Below are positions 19,061 to 28,681 of a stretch of DNA of 58,252 nt, in pieces. The DNA is from a virus (Duplodnaviria; Caudoviricetes). The notes below the pieces were generated by a model that saw only the letters and a program-made list of their open reading frames with translations, was not told where the DNA came from and did not search any database. Position 1 is the first letter of the stretch. Every line of letters begins with the position of its first letter. Position numbers and translations under genes: made by a program. Where the stretch lies: the IMG/VR virus record IMGVR_UViG_3300044802_000092, positions 1-58,252 of that record. The stretch is one strand, 5' to 3'.

Positions 19061-22000
19061 TTATTCCGGCGAAGCACAGGGAAGTCTTCCCCACAAAGAC
19101 AGACTCTGTCCATCACTAGTTGTGGCCACACATTGCAACTGGTAAAAGATGTCCGCCACGCAGTTCCCTACCATTTGACTGACAGCGGTTCTAGGTTCCC
19201 CCGTGTAAGGCGAAGAAATGAGGGTGGGACCGCCAATTAACCGCAACGCGGGCGTAGCGTCTGTACCTGAACCGGACTCTACCGAAATGGTCACCGCGGC
19301 CGAAACAATAAACACCCCGAGCGCCAGCCGGTTGCTAAAATCGAACTTAACGATTGCCTGTTCAACCCCCGCGTCAATTGGGGGCAATAGGTCTGGACAC
19401 GCAGACAATTCCGTGGCTCCCTTTTGCATTGACATCACCCAGTAGTGGCGCGGACTAAGCATTGTGTATTTCGGAACGGGCTGGCCCAGCTTGAATGTAA
19501 CGGTTAGTCCCCGGCCTTTAGCTGAGTGCCCGGCCCGTCCGGATAAAAAGGACCAGAATCCCCCCGTTCGGCTTTCTAATACTCCGGCAGTCCGCCCCGC
19601 CAGGTTTCTTAGCCGCAGTCCCGGTGCGGCTATTGTCCTCAGCGCCGCGTGGACTTTCGCCCCCACCACTATTTTTCCCGTGACTGCCAGCCCCGCGATT
19701 AGCTTAGTCCGGGTTTTACCGGTTAGCCGGACCAGCACTCGCCAGTAGTTGGACACTTGGACTGTTGACCCGGCCCGGCCCGAAAGGAACACATGTAGTT
19801 TCGGCGTCTCCTTAGTCTTGACCGCAGTAAGAACTATTCCCTTCAAATGTGCCAGCCCTGTAAACCGGGCGCCCCCGAAGGTCTGAGACGTAGCTTTCGC
19901 TTTAGTAATGGTCAGCTGCAACCTTGGACTTCCGGTTTCTGCAACCCGCGTCCTGGCCCCTCCTGACACCCGCAGCGGGTACCTGGACTTGCCCCATAGT
20001 TGCCCCATAAACCCTGCTGTGCCCGACATGAGCCGCAAAGCCGACCATCTACCGCGACTCTGCACCTGTGTGTCGACAGACCCTAGCAATCCTGCTGTTA
20101 GTTCTATTATTGTCCTTCCCGCCGCGAGGACTGCTGTGCGTGCGGCAACAGCTATCGAAAGTTGAGGGACATTGGCCCCCAGAGCAGACTGAAGAACATT
20201 TATTGCTGCTAGTGGGGCTTTGATAAACATATCAGCGGCCCCCTGAAGGTTGGCCGTCGTAGCCGCTGATACTGCGGTCTTTCCGAGATAACTCGTGTGT
20301 ACCCTTAGCGCTGCCAGTGCAGCTCCGCCCAACCGCATGTACCATGCGGGAATTGAGGGGGAAGAAACCGCCAGAGCTGTTTTGCCCGATACCCCCACCC
20401 TCAGATATGGGGTAATTTTCCCCCCTGCCGCGGTCCGAATTGCCGCGTAGATATTAAGCACCTCTGCGGCTAGGTTAGACATAGCACGTACAGCGGCCCT
20501 GGTCATAATCTGGGCGGGCATGTAAACCGGCAACCTGGGTGTGTTCGCTCTCAGGTTGCCGGTTGCCGTGGTTTGTCCTGAACAAAGCACGGCAGGAATA
20601 ACCGTGCTGGGGGCGAATATTGCGGCAAGCGCCCGGCCCAACAAGGGGCCTGACAAAAACGGCGAGGCGTTAAGCCTTCCGCCCGCCGCTGCTCTTCCGG
20701 ACAACCCGGAAACCAACGCCGTTAATCCTTTTCCGGTTCCGGCCGCCGCTGCTCTTCCGGACAACCCGGAAACCAACGCCGTTAATCCTTTTCCGGTTCC
20801 GGCCGTCCCGGCGTTCCCGGTCAGGCCGAGCCCAAGACGGGGAACTTCCTTCAAGAAGCCTGCCGCAAATACCACCGCCGCCGCTCGAATGGGGTAGCTC
20901 TCGTTTGGCCGCACGCTACTTGTACACCCCACAGTCCCATAAATGCTAGCAGGAAGCAAAGAGGTGTACGTAAGAATAATGATGCCCGGCCCCCCAGCCT
21001 GCATATGTGCGGTGTCCGATCCCCCCGACCCCCCACCATATGCCCCGGCGGTGGTAACCAGCCCTGCGGCTGAAAAGCCGATGTCCCCGCCCGCACATCC
21101 CCCGCTGCCCGAACCGGGACCGGCAGTCGCCCCTCCAACCGTAGCCGTCCACAGAGTTTCTGCGCTGTTGGCCCCGCCCGCATTCGTACCATTTGATGCC
21201 CCTGACCCGCCGCCACCGCCACCGCCACCGGCGGACCCCGCACCCCCCGCTGTCCCTGCCCCGCTACCGCTGCCCGCTGTGCCCGCCCCCGCACTAGACC
21301 TATTGGTTCCACCCACCCCGCCAGCCGCCGAGCTATGGTTGCCTCCTGTCCCCCCGCCGTCAGCGCCCCCGCCGCCTCCACCACCAGAATCGAAGCCTCC
21401 AGCGCCCCCGTTTGCGCCTGCCCCATGTGGGCCGCCCGCGCCGCCGCCGCCGCTATTGCAGTTACTACTTGTGTTATATGAGGGGCTATACCCCCCTGAA
21501 TATGCGGTGTCCCCGATACAAGACCCTGATGCCCCTCCGGGGGAGTTTCCTGAACTTGAGACCTGTCCCGCTTTCGCCAACACCCCAACTGAGGTGGATG
21601 CTGGCGGAACGTTGGCCGCTATATTTACCCAGGAATCTTGGCCATTGGAGGGCGCACCCACCCCCCCACCAATTCCCGAAGTTCCGTTCCCGCCTGAACC
21701 TGAACCATTGGTGGTGCCCGCACCCCCGGCACTGGCTGTTCCCCCGTTTGACCCGCCCCCGCCCCCCGCGCTGTACCCAATATTACTGCCGCTTCCGTAA
21801 AACCCCGCCCCGCCATTCTTACCCGCACCCGTTGGTCCAGCCGACCCGCCACCGCCCCCGCCCCCGCCCGCCGCACTTGATCCAGAGCTGCCCGCCCCGC
21901 CGGTGCCGCCCGAATATGTAACATTTCCAATGCAGCTGGCAGCCGCCCCTCCAGCCCCGCCCGTAAGATTTGAACCTGCGGTCCCCGCAACCGCCAAACA

Positions 22001-22783
22001 CCCCGATGCGGTACTGGTGGGGGCAGAATTGGCGTTGAAGTTTATCCAGGTTTGCGTCCCCGCCGCCCCAATCGAATAATAAACTGTTCCTCCGGCAGTT
22101 ACTGGGACAGCGTTGGTCCTAGAATATGCCCCTCCCCCGCCGCCCGCTCCACCGTTTGACTTCGTGCTGGCCAGGGCGCCCGCCGCACCCCCTCCAATAC
22201 ATTCGAACTGAGCCGCCGACACCCCGTTGGGTACCACTATCGACCCCGCCCCGGTAACCGTAAGGTAATTGGCTGTACCCCACGTAATAACCCCAAGACC
22301 TTGCGCCCCCGCACCCGCAGTGCCTCGACCGCCTGCACCATTATTTCCACCTACCCCGCCGCCCCCGCCTCCGTAATTTCCGGCGCTTCCCCCAGACAAA
22401 GTGGAACTACTACTGTAGTCACCCCCCGATCCGCCGCCCCCGCCGCCACACCCGACACTGCTGGACCACGTGGTGTCTGTCCCCCCGGCACCCGACACTA
22501 CTCCTGTTCCTGCGGCGAACCCCCCACCGCCCCCGCCGCCGCCGCCATATAACCCCGCCGCCCCCGCTGACGGCTTGATGCCTGCCCCAACATTCAGATA
22601 GATGGTCTGACCGGGCGTGACGGTAAGGCTGTTGGTTTTGGCATAGGCCCCGCCCCCGCCTCCACCTGTGAGAATGTTGCATCCCCCGCCTGGGCCAATA
22701 GCTTCTGCTTGAATCGCAGTCACACCTGCGGGCACAGTCCAAGTCTGAGGCCCGGCGGTAGTAAAAAGTGTTGTCGTTGACAC
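19061..22783 (-). CDS. Large glycine-rich virion fibre-like protein
   Basis: 1240 aa; TWTVPAGVT...GGGGGAY Gly-rich domains, Ala-rich central repeats, C-terminal Ig-like adaptor domain. Confidence 0.75.
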   Translation of the reverse strand: MSTTTLFTTAGPQTWTVPAGVTAIQAEAIGPGGGCNILTGGGGGGAYAKTNSLTVTPGQTIYLNVGAGIKPSAGAAGLYGGGGGGGGGFAAGTGVVSGAGGTDTTWSSSVGCGGGGGGSGGDYSSSSTLSGGSAGNYGGGGGGVGGNNGAGGRGTAGAGAQGLGVITWGTANYLTVTGAGSIVVPNGVSAAQFECIGGGAAGALASTKSNGGAGGGGGAYSRTNAVPVTAGGTVYYSIGAAGTQTWINFNANSAPTSTASGCLAVAGTAGSNLTGGAGGAAASCIGNVTYSGGTGGAGSSGSSAAGGGGGGGGSAGPTGAGKNGGAGFYGSGSNIGYSAGGGGGSNGGTASAGGAGTTNGSGSGGNGTSGIGGGVGAPSNGQDSWVNIAANVPPASTSVGVLAKAGQVSSSGNSPGGASGSCIGDTAYSGGYSPSYNTSSNCNSGGGGAGGPHGAGANGGAGGFDSGGGGGGGADGGGTGGNHSSAAGGVGGTNRSSAGAGTAGSGSGAGTAGGAGSAGGGGGGGGSGASNGTNAGGANSAETLWTATVGGATAGPGSGSGGCAGGDIGFSAAGLVTTAGAYGGGSGGSDTAHMQAGGPGIIILTYTSLLPASIYGTVGCTSSVRPNESYPIRAAAVVFAAGFLKEVPRLGLGLTGNAGTAGTGKGLTALVSGLSGRAAAAGTGKGLTALVSGLSGRAAAGGRLNASPFLSGPLLGRALAAIFAPSTVIPAVLCSGQTTATGNLRANTPRLPVYMPAQIMTRAAVRAMSNLAAEVLNIYAAIRTAAGGKITPYLRVGVSGKTALAVSSPSIPAWYMRLGGAALAALRVHTSYLGKTAVSAATTANLQGAADMFIKAPLAAINVLQSALGANVPQLSIAVAARTAVLAAGRTIIELTAGLLGSVDTQVQSRGRWSALRLMSGTAGFMGQLWGKSRYPLRVSGGARTRVAETGSPRLQLTITKAKATSQTFGGARFTGLAHLKGIVLTAVKTKETPKLHVFLSGRAGSTVQVSNYWRVLVRLTGKTRTKLIAGLAVTGKIVVGAKVHAALRTIAAPGLRLRNLAGRTAGVLESRTGGFWSFLSGRAGHSAKGRGLTVTFKLGQPVPKYTMLSPRHYWVMSMQKGATELSACPDLLPPIDAGVEQAIVKFDFSNRLALGVFIVSAAVTISVESGSGTDATPALRLIGGPTLISSPYTGEPRTAVSQMVGNCVADIFYQLQCVATTSDGQSLSLWGRLPCASPE
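20685..20805. repeat. 60-bp perfect tandem duplication (AGTGKGLTALVSGLSGRAAA x2)
   Basis: GCCGCTGCTCTTCCGGACAACCCGGAAACCAACGCCGTTAATCCTTTTCCGGTTCCGGCC twice. Confidence 0.9.
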
Positions 22784-22813
22784 GCCAGCTGTGCCCGCGG
22801 GGGGGCTAAAACA

Positions 22814-23803
22814 CTACGCCGATGTAATCACCAGCGCCGAAGCGTTGAACGACGCCTGCGTATTGATTGGAATGGACTGCTGAAGTACCTTCCTCACCAT
22901 ACCCGAACCGGAAGCCGACGTGTTGACATTAGTGCTGGCATTCGACACCGAAAAAGCATCGGTAGCGAGATTAGCGGCTATGACTGCCAACAGCCCAGTA
23001 AAGTTGGACTGCGAGAATGTGGGCGCCGTGCCCCCGTATTCAGTGGAGAACACTACAGTGTCAGCAAGGGAATATCCGTGGGCCTTGACATCAAGAACCG
23101 CAGGGGACGCCGACGTGACGTATGCCGGAAGCCAGGCGTAGTTGCCCAGATAATCCCAGGCCAGCAAGTTGCCCGTAGAGGCCGCGTCATACATGCCAAA
23201 ACCAACCACCGTGCCCCAGCTTGCTGTGGCTTGAGGGAAAGTGACCACAGCAGAAGAGTTGGTGGCGGTTGAGGGGGCTGAACCGGAAGGGGCCGCGAAG
23301 GCTGAAAATATGATGTTATCGCCGTTCCCAACGCCCCCGCCCGTGGCGTTGGCACTCATGACAACCGTGGTGCCCGTGGTGGAAAGAACCGCGGTACCCG
23401 CCGGAATGACAGAGGCGGTTGTATCGTACACCGACATGCCCGCCACGATCCAAGAAGGCGTAGAGGAGAAGTGCAGCGTGGCGTTGCCGTTAGCCGTGGT
23501 GCCATTGGTGGCCGCGTTGCCCGCCACCTGCTGCCGGGCGTACGCCCCGCCGGACACCTCAGTGAAGCCCGTGCCTGCGTCCACGCCCGCTACCGTGAAC
23601 AGGGCCAGGTAAACGCTGGGTATCGCGGGAAACGACACCTGCCCGGTGGTCCAATTCAAAAGCGCCTTGGCGGTATAGTCAGAAAGGCCCGTATCGCGAG
23701 CCTTCGCCCGGCAACGGAAGGGATAAATGGGGCGAGCCGGGCGCGACTGAGGCAGAAGCAGTCCGGAACGGCTGTATTTGAGGTTCTGAAGACCGGTTAA
23801 CAT
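22814..23803 (-). CDS. Virion structural protein (fibre-associated)
   Basis: YLALFT, TEVSGGAYARQ, FPQATASWGTV, YDAASTGNLL motifs common in phage fibre-associated proteins. Confidence 0.75.
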   Translation of the reverse strand: MLTGLQNLKYSRSGLLLPQSRPARPIYPFRCRAKARDTGLSDYTAKALLNWTTGQVSFPAIPSVYLALFTVAGVDAGTGFTEVSGGAYARQQVAGNAATNGTTANGNATLHFSSTPSWIVAGMSVYDTTASVIPAGTAVLSTTGTTVVMSANATGGGVGNGDNIIFSAFAAPSGSAPSTATNSSAVVTFPQATASWGTVVGFGMYDAASTGNLLAWDYLGNYAWLPAYVTSASPAVLDVKAHGYSLADTVVFSTEYGGTAPTFSQSNFTGLLAVIAANLATDAFSVSNASTNVNTSASGSGMVRKVLQQSIPINTQASFNASALVITSA

Positions 23804-23822
23804 TTCGCATTACTCCAGCGAA

Positions 23823-24221
23823 TTAGAGGGGGGCTTGATCAATCAAGTCAGTCGAGGTGCATTCGGCCTGCACAAATCCAGCCCCATAGCGGCTGAAATC
23901 GTCAACAGAACGTACAAGGTAGTAGTTGCCGTTCCAAACTACAATGTCTGGTTGATAATTAGCCCCAGCGGCGTCTTTTGAGGGACCACGGAGCCGGAAC
24001 TCGGTAATGACCAGCATCGTCTTGGCGGAGACCTGATAGGCTTCCTCACGTACCAAAGACTGATCACCTGTGGGGGTAACTGAGCCGATAACTTCAGGAA
24101 ACGTTAGCCATTCCCAAGAGGCAACACCTAGGTCGTTCACCGTCTCTTTGCGGCGAAGAACCGTAAAACGCTCACCGGCAATTGCCGGGTCGAGGAGAAC
24201 ATCGGTAACGTCGACATCCAT
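23823..24221 (-). CDS. Head-tail joining / head closure protein
   Basis: DVTDVLLDP, PDIVVWNG, DFSRYGAGF. Confidence 0.75.
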   Translation of the reverse strand: MDVDVTDVLLDPAIAGERFTVLRRKETVNDLGVASWEWLTFPEVIGSVTPTGDQSLVREEAYQVSAKTMLVITEFRLRGPSKDAAGANYQPDIVVWNGNYYLVRSVDDFSRYGAGFVQAECTSTDLIDQAPL

Positions 24222-24223
24222 GA

Positions 24224-25420
24224 TTACACCTCATACTCATGTATCGCCTCCCATTTCTCATTGGCGGCGGATGTGAACGCCTTTAGCTTTTTCACCGTGT
24301 TCCTATATTCAGCTTTCGCCAAGTTGAGCGCCCTCTTGTCCCCCGACAGATATGCGGCCTTCAACCCCTCCGCACTCAACAACAGCTCTCTCAACACTAT
24401 GCGTCTAGGGTCGAAGTCCCGCCCCTCTTGCCCCGCTGTGACCCCGAACTGCTTGGCCAAGGACGTAGCTCTCTGACTAATGTACGCCGCCGCCTGGTCG
24501 CCCTTCTTACCCCCCTCGCTTAGCCGTTTGAAGAAGCGGGTCGCCTTCACCACATCTTTTGCCAGCGACCATTGACCCCCCCATGCGGGTACGAATTCTT
24601 TTTCCTTGGGCAGTAGCTCGATTCCCATCGAGGCTTGCTTTTTCGCGGGCGCCGCGCGGGGGGGCAACGGCTCATCTCTTTCTTCCGGTACGACCGGCTC
24701 GGCGTAACAACGGCAGTTGTAGATGCAGCCCGCGTGGGCGCGCTCCCCCTTTTCACCCGAGACCGGCGGAGTATCCCATCGGATAAACTTCCCGTTCAGT
24801 TTCCGATGGAGCGGCCGGACATCAAGGTCTCCTGAACTCCGCCAGATATACCCCTCAGACCCAACATATTCCGCTCGGGCCTGCGTCAAATTAGACGACA
24901 CGCGGGCCGTTTCGGTTCGGGCTATGGTGCTAGCCTTGGCCGCCGACACCTTTTCCGACTTCAGTATCTCTCTGGTAATCTCATCTGCCCGGCCCGCAGT
25001 AGTCACCATTCGTTCGGCCGCCAGTTTGTGCACTCTGTCGGCCGCCGCCTCGGGAATTGAGGTGATCAGCTTCACTTGTTCTTGCTGTAGCTCTTGGAGC
25101 CGGTGCCCGATAGGGGCGCCCTTTATTTCCTGGGCCAGCCCCCGGCTCATTGTTTTACTGAGCTTATTCCAGGCTGCCTCGTCCTGGCGGGACGCATCAA
25201 GCAACATTCGGGACGAAACTGCCCGCGCCCAGGGAACCAGCATCCGGGCATAAGACCGGAGCATGTCTTCCAGCTGGTCCGGCTGACCCGCCAACTCTTT
25301 GGTAATTACCCCAATCTGGCGAGCCACGGCCCGTAACCGGCTGGAATAAGACCGTTCAGAACGCTTGACGTGCGCCCAAATCTTCCGCTGTTTGGCTACG
25401 TCGGGCGCAACACGAGGCAT
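24224..25420 (-). CDS. MuF / SPP1 gp7-like minor head protein with C-terminal extension
   Basis: IARTETAR, YIWRSxGDxDVRxxH, GxxYNCRCYAEPV. Confidence 0.88.
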   Translation of the reverse strand: MPRVAPDVAKQRKIWAHVKRSERSYSSRLRAVARQIGVITKELAGQPDQLEDMLRSYARMLVPWARAVSSRMLLDASRQDEAAWNKLSKTMSRGLAQEIKGAPIGHRLQELQQEQVKLITSIPEAAADRVHKLAAERMVTTAGRADEITREILKSEKVSAAKASTIARTETARVSSNLTQARAEYVGSEGYIWRSSGDLDVRPLHRKLNGKFIRWDTPPVSGEKGERAHAGCIYNCRCYAEPVVPEERDEPLPPRAAPAKKQASMGIELLPKEKEFVPAWGGQWSLAKDVVKATRFFKRLSEGGKKGDQAAAYISQRATSLAKQFGVTAGQEGRDFDPRRIVLRELLLSAEGLKAAYLSGDKRALNLAKAEYRNTVKKLKAFTSAANEKWEAIHEYEV

Positions 25421-25899
25421 CCATCATCCCTCCGGGGGTGCTCTTCCTCTTTCCACTCGGAATCGGCCGTGCCGTGCCGCAGATACCACTCCCGCCAAAG
25501 AAGCCCCACAGCCTGTTTGGTGCTCTTCTCTTTCGTACCCGTCACCCGGCGCGCGATCTCAATCACGTCTTCCTTGCGGGCCGTCTCCAATTCAGACAAC
25601 ACCTGACGCAACGTCGCGTGAGTCTTTGCGCCTTTTATGCGGGCAACGACATCATCAAAATTGGCAATGGGAGATTCCGCAAACCGGCTATCTTCCTCAA
25701 CCGGAAAAGTGCTCCTACCCGGCGCAACCTTCTTGGATTGCGGGTCTGGAAACCCGCCCCACTCATCGCGGCGGCGCCGGTCTAAAAGACGAATGCGAAG
25801 AACCTCAGCCATCTTATTCTTCTCGCCAGTAATTGGTGTAGCAACATGTCGAACCTGTCCGGTATCCCGCACCCTGTCAACAAACACGTGTACTGCCAT
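25396..25899 (-). CDS. Hypothetical head-associated protein
   Basis: Abuts neighbours; ends in EWKEEEHPRRDDG, like the WxExxHPRxxxG motif of head-packaged phage proteins. Confidence 0.6.
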   Translation of the reverse strand: MAVHVFVDRVRDTGQVRHVATPITGEKNKMAEVLRIRLLDRRRRDEWGGFPDPQSKKVAPGRSTFPVEEDSRFAESPIANFDDVVARIKGAKTHATLRQVLSELETARKEDVIEIARRVTGTKEKSTKQAVGLLWREWYLRHGTADSEWKEEEHPRRDDGCLVLRPT

Positions 25900-26283
25900 T
25901 TACTTCACCATCGCGCTTCGAATGGTCCAACCTAGTCCTTCAAGCTTTGTTTTGACGTAAGCCAGGTCTTCGTTGTTCGATTTATGCCGTCCGTGGTACA
26001 AGGTAACGGAGCTAAGCCCTCGGCTCCCCTGCCACTCCACCTGGCCGGTCTTCCGCACGCGCACCCACTTCGCCCCCTCATCCCTTGCCTGATCGTCTAT
26101 TACCGCAACGATCTGATCCAAATCCCGTTGGTTATACACTCCCCCGGCCGACTCAAACAACTCAAACCCCGCCGAGCGCGGAATTGAGGGTTGAGTATCA
26201 CCATGGGTAAGGAAGCCCGAAACACCATCGCTAGTGTCGTTGACGTGGATGTGAAGATGGTAAGACCGTGGCTTGCGTGACAT
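25900..26283 (-). CDS. Hypothetical protein with N-terminal HLHIHVND motif
   Basis: ATG at 26283; stop abuts next start. Confidence 0.6.
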   Translation of the reverse strand: MSRKPRSYHLHIHVNDTSDGVSGFLTHGDTQPSIPRSAGFELFESAGGVYNQRDLDQIVAVIDDQARDEGAKWVRVRKTGQVEWQGSRGLSSVTLYHGRHKSNNEDLAYVKTKLEGLGWTIRSAMVK

Positions 26284-26327
26284 TGCTAGTTCTCTAGTAA
26301 GATGAGTTGCATCTTTGCCTGTTAGGT

Positions 26328-26390
26328 GGTACGGGCAGGCCCCGATGTCAAACTGCCCCGCTTCAGTTCTAACCTTCCTGCCCGTACCGA
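26328..26390 (-). ncRNA. Candidate structured RNA/leader B
   Basis: Perfect 12-bp inverted repeat GGTACGGGCAGG/CCTGCCCGTACC enclosing an inner stem, starting at the predicted TSS. Confidence 0.45.
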
Positions 26391-26395
26391 GGACA

Positions 26396-26424
26396 AGTAG
26401 ACCACACCTTGCAAGGCTTGTCAA
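26396..26424 (-). promoter_or_regulatory. Sigma70-like promoter
   Basis: TTGACA-17 nt (ending TGTGG)-TCTACT. Confidence 0.6.
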
Positions 26425-26434
26425 GTATCTTCGT

Positions 26435-26552
26435 TGGGAAAGGGTTGAGCAGGATACAGACCAGCCATATCCTGCCCTACTGTTACGCTACAAACGCAAC
26501 ATCTACTCAAGGACCTCGCGGGTGGCGGTTACTCCTCCCGGCCGTCCTGCCC
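26435..26552 (-). ncRNA. Candidate small RNA A (~115 nt)
   Basis: No ORF; three stems, last a 13-bp hairpin with G-U pairs only on the minus strand. Confidence 0.45.
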
Positions 26553-26556
26553 TCAC

Positions 26557-26585
26557 ACCCTACCACACCCAGGTGTGGCTGTCAA
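26557..26585 (-). promoter_or_regulatory. Sigma70-like promoter
   Basis: TTGACA-gccacacctgggtgtgg-TAGGGT. Confidence 0.65.
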
Positions 26586-26599
26586 GATATAAATATCGG

Positions 26600-28681
26600 T
26601 TATGCCACGGTTTCCAACGAACCTGAGGGGCCGTCCACCGGCCAGGGTTCTAGAGGGTCGACGCTAGCCAGCGCCGCCATGAGCTGCCCGACCTGTAATT
26701 CCGCCGGTTTGAGGGACTTCCTGTTGTACGCCGCTTCATATTCCGCCTGTGCCTGCTTCGCCGTGTTGTACCCCAGCATCACCTTGTGTTCTTCGAAGCG
26801 TCCATCAGTGAAATGATTAATTATGAAAACCTTTTCGGACTGCCGGACTGGTCCAATAAAACAATCAACCGGCTCGTCCTTTCCCTCTGCGCTATGTGTA
26901 CCGCGAATGTACCCGTAATCCGCAGGCCACGCCGGGCCTCCCGCCCAGCGAGCTATCCCCGCCGGACACTCGATTACCACAGGTATCCCTAGGTACTCGG
27001 AAATCGGCAGATGCTGGTCTGAAACGCCCCGCTGTCTCTTCCGCGTGTCCTCCGCCCCCAGACGTCCCTCCCAATGCTCGTCACCCCGGCGGTCGCCCGT
27101 CCGCGCCCCTCCGGCCCCCGGCCGCTCCTCCCCGTCCTCCTCTGGCTCCTCGCCGTCCGGACTCGACCCGCCGGAGCCGCCGCCCTCCATCAACTCTTCG
27201 GCCTGCGGAGGCTCAATTGACTCATCCGCCGCCTCGATGTCTTCCTCACTAATATTAGTGAACCGGCCGGTAACAATAGATGACTGCTTCAACTCCAGCA
27301 TTGCCGTTCTTTGTGACACAAGCTTGCGTTCTTCAGCAGCATTCACGGTCTGCACGTCAGTTAAAGCAATCTTGGACTTCTCTTCTTCAGTCATCTGCCA
27401 AAGGGGCACAAACTCGAACCCCCAACTTTTCGGAAGATTGACCCCCAACGAACGGGCCAGCACCCTTATGATCTTAGTCAGCGGCACGCGCAGCTTCTGG
27501 TTTTGTTGAAGCCGAATGCCGTCGTAGTACATCCGCAAGTCAGACTCGCCAGTAGAATTAAGACCCCCCGGCGACATACCAAACAGTCGCACCGCAGGAA
27601 TCTGTAACGCGCCGCAAAGCTGTTCACCTAATCGGGCCAGGGTGTCCGATATTCCCGAATTCACCGTCTGTTGATGCGGAACATAATCGTCCTCCGCATC
27701 AATCATCGTGATTCCCTCATTTGACTGCGCCCGGCGCATAATCTGAAGATAGGCAAGCAGCCCCTTCAGCGCGGGGGAGTTACTGGAGGCTATTTCACGA
27801 AGACCCTTAATCTTGAAAATTCGCAGAAACATCTTATGAACAAGCTGCGCCGCCCCCTGAGTGGCCGCATCAAACGCAATCATCCGGTCGTAAAGCCGTT
27901 CAAGGACCGAAATGCCCCATAAATTTTCCATCACCCTTTGCCAGTAAGGCAACTTGATGCCGTCCACCCTCAGGCATCGGGAATAATGGAGAACCTTAAG
28001 ATTGAGAGCCGGGGCATCCGAAGTTACTCGGTAGTATTTCGGCATCCCAATTGAGGGGCCATAATCGGTAACAAGATTAATCAGGTCCGGCTCAACCATC
28101 CACCGGTCGAGCGACAACATCCCCCTAAACTGACCTTCCCGAATGGTGTCAATGCGCAACGGGGTGGACAAATCCTGACCGTCAATGAGCATGCATCCCA
28201 GAGCCCCGCCGTACAGCCTGCCCCATTTCACGGTATCGCAGATCGCGTCCCATACCCCGTGTTCGATTAGCCCTTTTTGCAACGTCTGGATATCATCCGG
28301 AGGAATTTCTCCCGTGAACTGGATACCCATTTTGACCATGTCTTCCGCAACAAGATCAATCGCTACACCCCCCAACCATGACCCTCGATGTATCCACTCA
28401 AGAAGCGTGCGGATACGGGTAATCGGGTTAAAGCCGTAAGTAGATGCGGCAAGCGCGTTATCAGTGTCATTCCCAAGCTGAAGAATGTAGTTATTAAAGG
28501 AATCCAACGTGCGTTGGTCAAGCGCCTTCGCTGGGTCTCCGTCCAGAAAGGCCTTGACCTCTGGAGGCATTTCTGGCTCAGCAGCGCCCGCCGCCCTCAA
28601 CAGGTTGCGGGCGCGCGTTTCGTCCCGCTTAGCGCGGGTTGCCGCCTTCTTTACTGGGGAAGATGGGGGGGATTTGGCCAC
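26600..28681 (-). CDS. Portal protein (DUF1073-like) with C-terminal inorganic pyrophosphatase-like domain
   Basis: WGRLYGGA, WGxSVLERLYD, IPxxRLFGxSPxGLNSTGESD; C-terminal DYGYIRGT...DxxDCFIGP...EEHKVMLGY. Confidence 0.9.
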   Translation of the reverse strand: MAKSPPSSPVKKAATRAKRDETRARNLLRAAGAAEPEMPPEVKAFLDGDPAKALDQRTLDSFNNYILQLGNDTDNALAASTYGFNPITRIRTLLEWIHRGSWLGGVAIDLVAEDMVKMGIQFTGEIPPDDIQTLQKGLIEHGVWDAICDTVKWGRLYGGALGCMLIDGQDLSTPLRIDTIREGQFRGMLSLDRWMVEPDLINLVTDYGPSIGMPKYYRVTSDAPALNLKVLHYSRCLRVDGIKLPYWQRVMENLWGISVLERLYDRMIAFDAATQGAAQLVHKMFLRIFKIKGLREIASSNSPALKGLLAYLQIMRRAQSNEGITMIDAEDDYVPHQQTVNSGISDTLARLGEQLCGALQIPAVRLFGMSPGGLNSTGESDLRMYYDGIRLQQNQKLRVPLTKIIRVLARSLGVNLPKSWGFEFVPLWQMTEEEKSKIALTDVQTVNAAEERKLVSQRTAMLELKQSSIVTGRFTNISEEDIEAADESIEPPQAEELMEGGGSGGSSPDGEEPEEDGEERPGAGGARTGDRRGDEHWEGRLGAEDTRKRQRGVSDQHLPISEYLGIPVVIECPAGIARWAGGPAWPADYGYIRGTHSAEGKDEPVDCFIGPVRQSEKVFIINHFTDGRFEEHKVMLGYNTAKQAQAEYEAAYNRKSLKPAELQVGQLMAALASVDPLEPWPVDGPSGSLETVA

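Noticed and set aside
20851-21990. Long Pro-rich and other ORFs overlapping the Gly-rich gene
   Set aside because: Shadow frames caused by GGN codon runs
26300-26552. CsrA/RsmA-sponge sRNA (CAGGA motifs)
   Set aside because: The GGA motifs lie in stems rather than hairpin loops
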